A DNA stretch of 55,547 nt, from positions 451,724 through 507,270 of the forward strand of contig NW_008246088.1 of the NCBI RefSeq assembly GCF_000281045.1, read 5' to 3'. Source of the DNA: Saprolegnia diclina VS20. Taxonomy: Eukaryota. The notes beneath the pieces are model-generated. The model had not been told where the DNA came from. It saw only the letters and a list, made by a program, of their open reading frames with translations, and did not search any database. Made by a program: the position numbers and the translations under genes. Below are positions 45,445 to 55,547 of this stretch, in pieces (within the stretch, counting starts at the first letter, position 1; the number at the start of each line of letters is the position of its first letter).

Positions 45445-46562
45445 CGGCAAGAGCCATTGCATACAAAGATTAAATCATAAAATAAACGTTCGAGAATCGT
45501 CGGTGGGCATCAAATAAAATGAGCCAAATTCTATACTATCTTGGCATTTGTAAGCAAATGGGAGAAAATAAAGAATTTCATCTATTTCTGTCCACCTGCA
45601 TTCTGCATCTTCTGCCCGTTGGGAAGAAACTGTCATACTGCGCTTCAACAAAGCCAGGCGCCGAGTCCATCCCAAAACCTTGCTTTAAGAAAAGAAATGT
45701 TGCTATAAAGGGGTTTTACAGACACGCAGGTGTAGAAGAAGCAAAATAGGTTGGTGTCGCGAGGGATTCGTTGGTCCAATGACTGGGCGAGAAATTAGTT
45801 GCCGCGACATGCCGTTCGCATTTTAGCGAATCAGCGAGCGCCCACGTGTAGCTTCGCGCTGCGCGTGCCACGAAGCGGCCACGCCCGAGCCGCCTCGGCC
45901 TTGGAGCATGGGACTAGACGCAAGAGTTGCCGTGCGAATCATACTTTGCTCCAAGCTCAGACAGCCCATCGAAGACGTATGTACTTGCCCGCCCAGCCAA
46001 CACGGCAATGCAGCGCGAGTTGGGATCACACCGTATACCTGGCAGCTCTTCCATGGCAGCTTCATGCATTTCTGGCTCTGTGTGTGGGCTATGTATCCAA
46101 CCACTTCAACACGAGTATCGTCTTGCAGGCCGTGCATAATGTTACAAGACCTGCACTTAGAATATAGCCGATTCTTGTTCTCGGTATCGACAAGGGTCAC
46201 TCATGGACCCATGGTCACAAGGACCGGCTGGTTGGGAAGCAAGTGCAACGATTGAACACCAAGTATCTCCGCCGCCTTGGGTGCATTGAGAGTGTCCATG
46301 CTGGGGCCAGGGGAGAGGAGTGCATTTTAGCGTCTCAAGTTGCAGTCCAAATCCAAACTTCGTCTGCCACACTACGAGCGTGCCACATCTGGAGGTTAAC
46401 TTGGCTATCCATGGAGCGTGAAGCAAACAGCTAACGATAGCAGCTAACGGCGTCCTCTTCCATCACACGAGGCGTCCACAGCGGATGTGGCCCTCCAAGA
46501 TCGCAAATTGCATGGTTTATCCGGAATAATATCCGGACAGTACTTACCATCCCACGGAAGCG

Positions 46563-46919
46563 ATGGACAACGACCGGGCGAAGCGCCTCAAGGCCATCCG
46601 CGAGGCCCGCGCGCGCAAGGAGAATGGCGGCGCCACTACCGAAGAGGTCGTCGCTGTTCCTGTCAAGCAGGTCGAAGAGGTCGAGACGCCCGTGGCTGAC
46701 GAACCGGCGGCCGTCGCCGACCCCGAGCCTGAGGACGAGGTCGTCGCGATCGCGCCCAAGAAGCCGACGTGGGACCTCGAGCGCAGCCTGGAGAAGCAGA
46801 TGAAGAAGCTCGAGCGCCGAACACAGAACGCTATCGTGCAGATCCTCCGGGAGAAGATGGAGCGCGAGATGCAGGACGACGACGACGACGAGGAAGGCGA
46901 GGAAGAAGACGAGGCGTAG
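46563..46919 (+). CDS. CCDC12: Cwf18/CCDC12-like spliceosome-associated protein
   Basis: N-terminal RAKRLKAIR and IAPKKPTWDLERSLEKQMKKLERRTQNAIVQILREK motif. Confidence 0.8.
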   Translation: MDNDRAKRLKAIREARARKENGGATTEEVVAVPVKQVEEVETPVADEPAAVADPEPEDEVVAIAPKKPTWDLERSLEKQMKKLERRTQNAIVQILREKMEREMQDDDDDEEGEEEDEA

Positions 46920-46991
46920 GAGATGCACACAAGCGACCACGCGAGCGATGAATATTCAATATTGGGTTGACCCGTCCTTACTACATGCGTG

Positions 46992-48786
46992 CTACTTGGC
47001 GGTCGAGCGCATATCAAAGCCCACGGAGAAGTCGGGCTTGTCGTCGGCCTTGATGTGCCGGAGCGCTGACGGTGCGATCGCGCCTTTGATGCGATCGTTC
47101 ATGACCTTGCGGCTCTGCTGCAGCGCGACCTTGATCGAGTGGTCCTTCTCCCACGCCTGCGTGAGCGCTTTGCGCTGCCGCTCCTGCTCGGCGGCCGAAA
47201 ACTCGCGGTCCTGCTCAATGTCCCGCTGAAGCTTCTCGAGGAAGAGCTTGTCTTCCAGCAGCGCCTTCTCCCGCGCGTCCCGCCGCGCCTTCTCCTTGGC
47301 ATTCATCTAAAGCCATCGAATCATCTTGGCATCGTCGTCGTGGCTTCGAGATCCATACCTGCTCGTGTAAATAGTAGTGCATGTCGCCCTGGACGCGCTT
47401 GTGCGTCTCGGGGCTGTTGAAGCCGAGCCGCGAGAGGTGGCTGTGCGAGATGAACGTGTTCTCGGTCGGGTCGGTCCCATGCTCCGAGCGCCGCGCGATC
47501 TCCTTGTTCTTCATCGACTCGAACATCTGGTCGCGGATCTCGTCTTGGAGCTTCTCCGCGCTCTGGCGCTTGGACCGCTTCTCGGTAGCGATCTCCTCAA
47601 GGTCGCGCATGTGGTGTCGATGAATGTCCATTGCGTGCTGGGCCTCGGCCTCGACCTCCTTCTCGACGCGGAGCATGTGGCGCTCGTACGCCGCGTCGGC
47701 GACCGAGACGGGGCGGCCGGCCTCGGGCAACTCGACGCCCGACCGGTCGAGCTCCCTATTGATCGCGTCCTTGAACGAAAAGTCGAACGACGGCTCCTTG
47801 TACGCAATGTGCTGGCGCACTTGGGGTGGCGACAAGAGCATCGTCGTGCAGTCCTTGGACGGCGTCTCCGCACTCATATAGCCCACACCGTTGCGCGACG
47901 CGGGGCGGGGCGACCGCAGCTGGGTCATGCTTGTGGGCTGCTCAAACCCATGCCGGGGCGAGATAGGGTCGCGGCCAGACAGCGGCGGGCGCGGCGTTCG
48001 CGGTGTTCGCGGTGTCGTCGACGAGGGTTGCGGAGGGCGTTCCGGCGACAGAAGGATGCCGCCGGCCTCCTCGGCTTGGTTGCAGTCTTCGAGTTTCAAG
48101 TCAAAGTCGGCGAGGTCGCCAATGACGGACGGACACCCGGACGCCACGGACGCGGTCGCAATGTTCTACACGCCATTCATTTACATACATCGTCCATGGG
48201 CGACACGACAAGATGGTACCTCGAGCGCTTTCGGAAACTGCGTCGGGTCAAAGAGCATGTGAATCGCGCGGTTCTTGGCAACGATTTTGCCAATCGTCAT
48301 TTCGATCGTCATTTGCGCGCCCGTCGACGCGACTTCGCCGATCTTGTGCAAGAGGTCTCGGACGCCGCAAAACACCGTGTCTTTTGTGAGGTTTTTGGAG
48401 AATTTGATGGCGAGTTTGGTAAAGTTGATGTCTTCAATCGCCGCCACGATCGGGACGGTCACGCGCTTCTTGTACTGGAGGCCATACGTCTTCCCGAACG
48501 TGTCGTTGAGCATAAATATGGGCCGGACCTTGCGCGTGTTGCGGCCAATCGTGAGCGTCTCCCAGCTGATCTTGCCAAACGGCGCAATGTGCACGCCCTA
48601 CGCGTGGAGGGTAATGTGGCAGACGAGAAAAAGCGCATGTACCTTGCCCTCTTGGTACCGCGCTTCGACCCACGCATTGAGCGCGACCCAGACCTCTTCG
48701 AGAGTCTCCTTCTTCTTCTCGGCGGCGCACGACGTCCGCGTCATCTTGCCGCTGCAGTCTTGGAGGAGGTTCCGCAGCGTATACAT
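46992..48786 (-). CDS. CCDC81-like protein (two HU-like domains plus coiled coil), multi-exon
   Basis: EEVWVALNAWVEARYQEGK/GVHIAPFGKISW..RPIFMLNDTF..INFTKLA..LLHKIGE..IGKI, followed by a charged coiled-coil tail. Confidence 0.75.
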
Positions 48787-49458
48787 GCTCGCGCCGAATT
48801 TACACTTGACGTGGCATGATAGTCGCGCTGCTAAAAATAGCGCGCCAAAAGCGGTTGCCTTTTTAAGAGCGAGTTCTCCTAAGCGACAAGTCGACAGCGA
48901 TGTGCCAATACAACGCCAGCTCGACAAGGCATTGCTTGTTGCGCAGCAGAGATATGCGAGTACACGCGGTCGACTGTGAGAGACTTTCACAGTACAAGGG
49001 ATGCGGCCGAAGCAATTTTGCCAACTGTCCGCGGAAAGCCTTTCGTGCACACAGTGCAAATAAGATCTCAGCGGCCTTGTGTTGAGAAATGGTTGATGCG
49101 TCGCGGTCGGAAGCAGCCTCAAATCGATCGGAAATGCATGTCAAGTGCTGCGTCAAGAGCGCGCCACGTCATCATGCGTGGGATGAACCATTCTGTGCAG
49201 CCACGACAAAGCGGGTCGATGTGACCAGTCATTTAAACTGCCCCAACTGAAATGGTTGACGATCAAGGCGGGGTTCGGGGCCTGTCTTACAACACCGCAG
49301 CGGGCGTCTCACTCTTATCGGGAAAACATGACACGCCGTTTTATCTCGAGGACGACGACGAAGTTGTGCACGAAATATCGCTCGTTCATAATCGGTTATA
49401 AAAACTCATTTATGGAAATGCACGGGATTGGGCGAGCTCATTTTACTGGTGCATCATC

Positions 49459-50503
49459 ATGCCGATCGACTGGGACGAGCTCAAGCGCGTGTCGGCGCAA
49501 GTCCAAGCCGACTTGGACGGTGTCGGCCTCGACTTCCACCTCGAGTTCTCGTAGGTCCTTGGATCGTCTGGCATTTCCTTAATGGTCATTGGCTAGCTCG
49601 GTCTACGACATGTGGACGACCAAGCTCGCCGACATCAAGGACGACGCGACCAAGCCCGCCGCGTGGTACACACAAGGCGCCGACTACTGGGAGGTACTTG
49701 GTCCTCTCTCAAGTAGTAGCATCCTATACGTTTGCATAAGGACGAAGAGAACTGCCCGCCAGACGTCGGTGGCGTCTTGGGCGGCTACGGGTACATTTCG
49801 CCTGTCGACGTCGAAGGCTCGACTGCGTTTTTGGCGCGCGTCCAGGCGCTGCGCCCTGCCTTCAAGCGCGATCGTGCCATCGGTGCAATACCATATTCTC
49901 TCTTTTAATCGTACGAATGCAGTATAGACTGCGGTGGTGGCATCGGACGCGTCGTCAAGCACCTGCTCCTTCCCCTCTTTGCGTCCGTCGACTTGCTCGA
50001 GCAAAGCCCGCGCCTTCTCAAGGCCGCGCCTCGCTACATTGGCGCTGAAAAGCACCGCGTGGAGACGCTTTTGTGCATGGGCATGCAGGACTTTGACCCG
50101 TCGCCCAGCAGCTACGACCTCATTTGGTGTCAATGGGTCTGTCCGCACTTGATGGATCTCGACTTTATCACGTTTCTCCAGCGGTGTCAGCAGGTTCGAT
50201 CGCCACCTGTACATGTCTTCTATAAAATGCATGGCATTGCTAGGCGCTGCGGCCGGGCGGTGTCATCTGCATCAAGGAAAACATCATCGTCGATGGCTCG
50301 CCGTACGAACTCGACGAAGACGACAGCAGCGTGACGCGGTACATCGAGTTTCGAAACTATGTTCACCACCTCACCTCGCTTGCAGGTCGGCCGCGTACTA
50401 CAAGAGCATTTTTCGGCAAGCAAATCTGACGCTCCTCGCCGACGAGCGCCAAGAAGGCTTTCCCGAAGAGCTCTACCCCGTCATGACGTACGCGCTGTAC
50501 TAA
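49459..50503 (+). CDS. NTMT1: Alpha-N-terminal protein methyltransferase (NTMT1/Tae1), multi-exon
   Basis: WY...ADYWE, GVLGGYG, DCGGGIGRV, YDLIWCQWV..HL, IKEN, DEDDSSVTR, FPEELYPV. Confidence 0.93.
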
Positions 50504-50601
50504 ACTGCAACAAGTGGAGACTTTAGTGCGACCTCGACCACTAACATTCGTATGCTGGTTTGGAGCTTGCGCGGAGATTGTGGCCAGCGGGGTACACTAC
50601 A

Positions 50602-50641
50602 TCGAGGGTGTATAAGAGATGCATCTCTTCTATACCTTTGA
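50602..50641 (+). repeat. 40-nt hairpin with 16-bp palindromic core
   Basis: tcgagggtgtat-aagagatgcatctctt-ctatacctttga. Confidence 0.7.
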
Positions 50642-51202
50642 CCACATACATGTAGACAGCGTATTGGATCCTCATGGCACAGCTCTTTCGGGGAGGTATG
50701 GTGACCAGCTCAGCACAGTTATGCAGGCGGATAAGTTGAAGTTCATGAGCACAAGGGTTTGTTTATAAACGGAGTTAAACCTTTTTTGAAGTGCATGGAG
50801 GGCTGTCCGTTGTCACGTGGAGAGCACCAATACGACTCGAATGCAGGGCGTCTGCCTCTCCGCGTGCATCCAAAGTAGAGCAACATATCTACGGCGCCAC
50901 GATAACTTCGGTTGGACATCGACATGCTGGTTTGCGAAGAAGAAATGCTCTCTCCCGCCACGCCTCCGTAATGGCGGGCTAACCACAAACCTACCACCGT
51001 GTTCACTTTGCCTTTGTATGGACAAGGGTAACCTGACCACTTTGGCCACCCAGTCTGTGCATGGTCCGATCACGAATCTCGTACTGCATACGACGCGTCG
51101 TGTGAAGGAGCGTCGCTCATCATGCCATGCGATTCCAAGCGCGGGCACGTGGCGGCGGCCTGCCGCCTGGCAAAATGGCGTGTTTTTAGTCTCCCAAGAT
51201 CA

Positions 51203-51216
51203 TCACTCTTTGATTT
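51203..51216 (+). promoter_or_regulatory. Inr+FPR-like motif upstream of kelch gene
   Basis: TCACTCTTTGATTT about 80 nt upstream of ATG 51295. Confidence 0.45.
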
Positions 51217-51294
51217 CCACGCATTCGCGCCGTTGATTGGCCAAACGAATTACATGGCGCCTTGCGCTTCAAAGTGCAAAGCCGCCAAGCCACG

Positions 51295-53882
51295 ATGACG
51301 CTCAACCCGCCTCGGTACAAGGTCGAGTGGGAGATGGCGACGCCGTCAGGCCCGTCGGTGCCGCCAGCTCCCGCCGCGTCGTCACCTCAGGAGGTGCCGC
51401 GTACCCCCGCTGAGCGCTTCGGCCACGCGGCCGCCAAACTCTCTTCGGACACCGTCGTGGTCTACGGCGGGCGCGGCGAGAGCCTAAACTTTTACGATGC
51501 GTGGCTGCTCACGCTCTCGTCCGACGTGCCCAGCGCGCAGGACAACACCGCGACCGAGTTTGCGCGCGCTGCACACTGGACGCCTCTCACGACGATCCGC
51601 CAAGATTTGCAGGCTTTCCACCGGTACCTCGTCGCATATTGTAGTACAATTGACGGACGTCATCGGTAGGTTCCATTCGATGCACGCGGTTGGCAACACC
51701 GTCTACGTCTTTGGCAACCGCCTCGTTGCGCGCGAGCAAGCAGCGACACCAATGGACTCGAAACGCATTCCAAGGTTTGCCGACATGTCGGGCTTTGAGG
51801 TCAAAAAATTCATGGTCGGGCCCGATCTGCGCACGATTACGTGGGCCGACGTCGCAACCAGTGACGCGGTGCGAGTAGACATCCCGCCGCGCGTGGGCCA
51901 CGCGAGCGTCCTCTTGGAGGACGGCCGCATCTTCCTCTTTGGTGGGCAAAACGCCGACGGGAGCACCTACTACAACGACTGCATGCTCTTCGACCCGAGC
52001 GTCCGTGCATTCCTCTTCTCGTGTGTCAAGGCGACTCAAATGGTCGTTTGTAGACCGAGTCGTTTCAGCACCTGGCGGCGTCCAGCTACCGCCCGTCCGG
52101 GCGTGCGTTTGCAGGCATGGTACCGTTTGGCCCACACAAGGTGATTTTGCACGGTGGCATTGGCCCGTCAAAGTTTACACTCGCGAGCCCGTTGTCGCAG
52201 CTCTATTCGCAAACCGACTTGTCGCAACCTCGAGCGTCGACCAAGACGACGGTGTTTAGTCACACGTACGAGTACGACCTGCGCTCGGACTCGTGGGCGG
52301 AACTCTCGCTACCCTTTGAGATGGGCCTCCACAACGATAGCACCCACCGCCTCCGCCACAGCGTACGGGATGATAGCCTAGTTCGTTCAAGTCAAACTGC
52401 CTCTAGATGGTGTCGGTCCCGGATGGCTTTCTCAGTTTCTCGGGGGTCATGTCCAAACGCGGAAATGGCGGCGCCATTGCAGGCACGGTGCGAGCACCGT
52501 CACAGTGTGCTTTTTCCCCCATCACCACGGACGGTGTCGTGCCTTCCGATCGCAGCGGCGCCACCTTCGTCTCCGTTACCCCCGACGTACTGTGCCATTG
52601 TCGCCTCTTCGCGCTCACACAAAGTCGTTCATTAGACGATCCTCTGCGTCGGCGGGCGAGTCGGTGGCAACTTTGACACTGCCGTGTACATTGGCACCAT
52701 CCGCGCGATCGCGCAAGCGCCAACGCCGTCGCAAGGGTCCAAGCGCAAGCGATCCATCGGTACGTAGCTGCACCACGCAAGCATCTAAAGCATGCGATAG
52801 ACGCTACGGAGAGCCATCGACCGGCGACGCGATCCCGAACGAGCGATGCCATGGGGGCCAAGACACGGCCCCCGACCGACGGCCACCCTGTGCCCCCCGT
52901 CTCGGCCATGCCACGGACTTCGAACGACGACATGGTAGCTTGTGAGGACCCTGCCTCCATCTGAGCCTGCTGTGTAGAATGCTGTCAACAAGAACCTCAC
53001 CGAGCAGCTACGCAGTGTAAATTCTGATTCGTATGACATGTTGAAGGTCTGATTTGGTGGCGACTAGATGGAAGAGCACCGCCAGAAGCAGGATGCGATG
53101 GTCCTGTCGCTCATGAAGCAGGTATCCTTGTCGCTGCAATGACGGGGGACTATTGTGACCGTCATAGAATGGACAGCTGGAGGTCGAAGTCAATTCGCTT
53201 CGCCTTCGCAACCAAAGTCTCTTGGACGAAGTAGGCGCAAACACAGGATGTATGACGTCTCACGCGTCGATGACGTAGCGCGCCGACCTTCAGGATCGAC
53301 TGCTCGCGGCCAAGAGGGTAGATACTACTGCTGACAGTGCACATCTCACGTCGACGCATGCAATCATAGACCATTGAAGGCAACAAGGACCGCGACCACC
53401 ACCGGTACATTGGCATCACGGGCCACGCGCGCATCAAGCTGGACACGTCCCAAAGCACCGTCATCGAGTACGATAAGAGCTCTTTCCACTTTCTCACGAT
53501 AGTAATGTGCCCAGTCCGTCCCAGGAAATGGTTTCGTTGAGCGACTACGATCGCATCATCTCGGGACACAATGAAATGTTTGAAAAATTCCGCGCTGTCC
53601 AAGAACAATTGGCCGCAGCGACGACGAAGCTCGATATGGCCGAAAACAAGGTAGCCACATGCATCGGTCTCGAGAACTCATCAGCGGCTCTCGGTGCAGG
53701 CCGCGCGCTACATGACGATCATGAAGTCGGCGGTGGAAGAGGCGACGGCATTCGCCACGTCGGTGACGAGCCCGATGCCGGAGCTCATGACGCCCCCAAA
53801 CGCGGCGCCCACGCAGGACTCGGTCCTGAACGAGAGTCCAGTGCAGTCCGGCTCGACACAAGATACCAACATGGAGGAATAA
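51295..53882 (+). CDS. Kelch-repeat protein with C-terminal coiled coil, multi-exon
   Basis: ERFGHAA..VVVYGG..YDAW; RFHSM..VYVFG; PRVGHAS..IFLFGG..YYND; RAFAGM..VILHGG; coiled-coil exons to ..NMEE*. Confidence 0.8.
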
Positions 53883-54595
53883 TCGAGCGCCAAAGGGCGA
53901 CTGCGACACTGGCGAATGAAATAGAGGCAAACATATCGGAGCATCACGCGTCGTAGCGTTCTGCAGTGCGAGTACGACGTCCTTTCTACATCGTCGCAGA
54001 GCCATTTGCGCAACAATTGGCGCGTGCCAGGTTATTGCAATCGCTAGTACCGGCGGAGGAAAGGCGCCGATACGAGGATACTGTCATACCAGTACCGAGA
54101 TATGTACAGAGTGGGTGCACCTAGGAGGCTCATGGACGGCGCGTGCCGACACCCAAACGCGACGGCGGACTGTGTAACGCCGACAGAGGCCACGCAGCCT
54201 CTTGAACGAATCAAAGTCACCCGCACACGTGTCATCCTGAGTGCAACTGAAGCATTGTCAAACGCTCTACCATTCGTGATGGTGCCAGCATCGGAAAAGG
54301 GGAACGACAAACGGCGCCTTTCTACGGCAGCGCTGCAAACTCAGATCTTCTCAGATCATTCCCACGTGGCCAGCATACTTTACGCGATATTGGCCTATTC
54401 AAGTATACCCAGCCACGACCATCTTGCAATGTCAAGTTCAAAGCGCTTGATTGGATGCACAAATTGTGTTTTGTAAGCGAATACCTTCGCCTATTGTGAC
54501 CATCTCACAGCGGATCTCGTGCGTGACCGAGTTACACACGACAGGTTGCACCAGTTGCGATGCCACACCACTTTGCATTTCGCTCGAGAGTACGC

Positions 54596-54890
54596 ATGCT
54601 CGCAGCATCCAAGCTCATCTCGACCCTTGTCGCCGGCCTTACGGCCTCGGTGCTGGCGTCGCCCCAGCCGTTCCAGATTGGGTATCCCGTCCCGCTGAGC
54701 CTTCGCGGGGACCACAGCGGCCCCTTCAACCACACCATCCATCGCGATGGTGCGAGCTACCTCTCGGTGCATTTCACGTCGATCGCGTTGCCCGATGCAG
54801 CGACACTGTCGCTGGCGTGCGCCGATGGCGCCAAGCAAGTGTCGTTCACGGGCGCCCGGTCCGAGTTTTACACCGAGTCGTTTCCGTGCA
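54596..54890 (+). CDS. Secreted protein, N-terminus resembling oomycete trypsin-like (S1) serine proteases; truncated by gap
   Basis: Signal peptide MLAASKLISTLVAGLTASVLA; HRDGASYLSVHFTSIALP..LSL..DG..FTG..FY; CACTTTGCATTT upstream. The catalytic domain is not visible. Confidence 0.55.
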
Positions 54891-54990
54891 NNNNNNNNNN
54901 NNNNNNNNNNNNNNNNNNNNNNNNNNNNNNNNNNNNNNNNNNNNNNNNNNNNNNNNNNNNNNNNNNNNNNNNNNNNNNNNNNNNNNNNNN
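54891..54990. other. Assembly gap (100 N)
   Basis: Run of n. Confidence 1.
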
Positions 54991-55316
54991 CGTACGTCTT
55001 TGGCAACTCCTCCCGGTCATCTACTAGTACACGCTAAAGATGGACGCCGCCGTCGTCGGCATAACTCGGCATAGCTCGTCGGCATCGCCACCATTGACCA
55101 TCGGCACGGTTCATTCGATTCGATTGACGTGGAAGAGGAGGTCTTGTGTGCCAGGGTGAACCAAGCTGACAACACCCGGCTTTCAGGCGAGCAAGGCAAC
55201 AACGATGCAACGCTGATGACGACACCTCCATGAACACCCGCAAAAGCTTGGGCGTTGATCTCACGGCGTAAGCCAACACGGTTGTTGCCCCCAGAAAGCT
55301 CGGTCTTGGTATAGGA

Positions 55317-55547
55317 ACATGACGATCATGAAGTCGGCTGTGGAAGAGGCGACGGCGGTGACGAGCCCGATGCCGGAGCTCAGGACGCCCCCCAACGTGG
55401 CTCTCACGCAGGACTCGGTCCTGAATGAGAGTCCAGTGCAGTCCAGCTCGACCAAGATACCAACATGGAGGAATAATTGAGCGCCAAAGGGCGACTGCGA
55501 CACTGGCGAATGAAATAGAGGCAAACATATCGGAGCATAACGCGTCG
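55317..55547 (+). pseudogene. Degenerate duplicate of kelch gene last exon and 3' flank (copy of 53710-53953)
   Basis: Co-linear with 53710-53953 with substitutions, a 12-bp deletion and a 1-bp frameshifting deletion (ctcgacacaag to ctcgaccaag). Confidence 0.85.

Noticed and set aside
45790..46430. Short ORFs suggesting a pseudogene
   Set aside because: No coherent splice model or motif.
54993..55007. 15-nt match (tacgtctttggcaac) to the kelch gene at ~51704
   Set aside because: Similarity does not extend; likely chance.
1..55547. tRNA, rRNA, snRNA genes, CRISPR arrays, prokaryotic operons
   Set aside because: No cloverleaf/T-loop context or repeat-spacer array seen by eye and the sequence is eukaryotic; a covariance-model search could still find small ncRNAs.

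Overview
Gene-dense eukaryotic DNA, most likely from an oomycete (Saprolegniales-like). This is inferred from GC-rich coding sequence, many very short (~35-50 nt) GT-AG introns and TCAYT-type Inr/FPR core promoter motifs. I can support about 25 protein-coding genes, many of them spliced, so the ORF track fragments them. They are: two Ser/Thr-rich membrane-anchored proteins, a giant EF-hand protein ending in a nephrocystin-1 (NPHP1)-like domain, CHID1-like, an uncharacterised multi-exon gene, an S10 carboxypeptidase, three intronless SLC1/DAACS transporters with a GT4-like glycosyltransferase between copies 2 and 3, LYRM7-like, a small MCPLR-family protein, a PolI-type 5'-3' exonuclease, a hidden 6-exon calcineurin-B-like gene, ABCF1-like, CLC, MATE, CLUAP1/IFT38, PH-FIG4, a PB1-AIM-UBA protein, CCDC12-like, CCDC81-like, NTMT1, a kelch protein and a gap-truncated secreted protease-like gene next to a local duplication. 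The strongest novelty candidates are the SLC1 trio with rewritten ion/substrate sites and a repeated RTDFRR motif, the EF-hand-NPHP1 fusion, the p62/NBR1-like receptor and the PH-FIG4 fusion. I saw no tRNA, rRNA, CRISPR array or intact transposase. All family calls come from motif recognition by eye, not from database searches.
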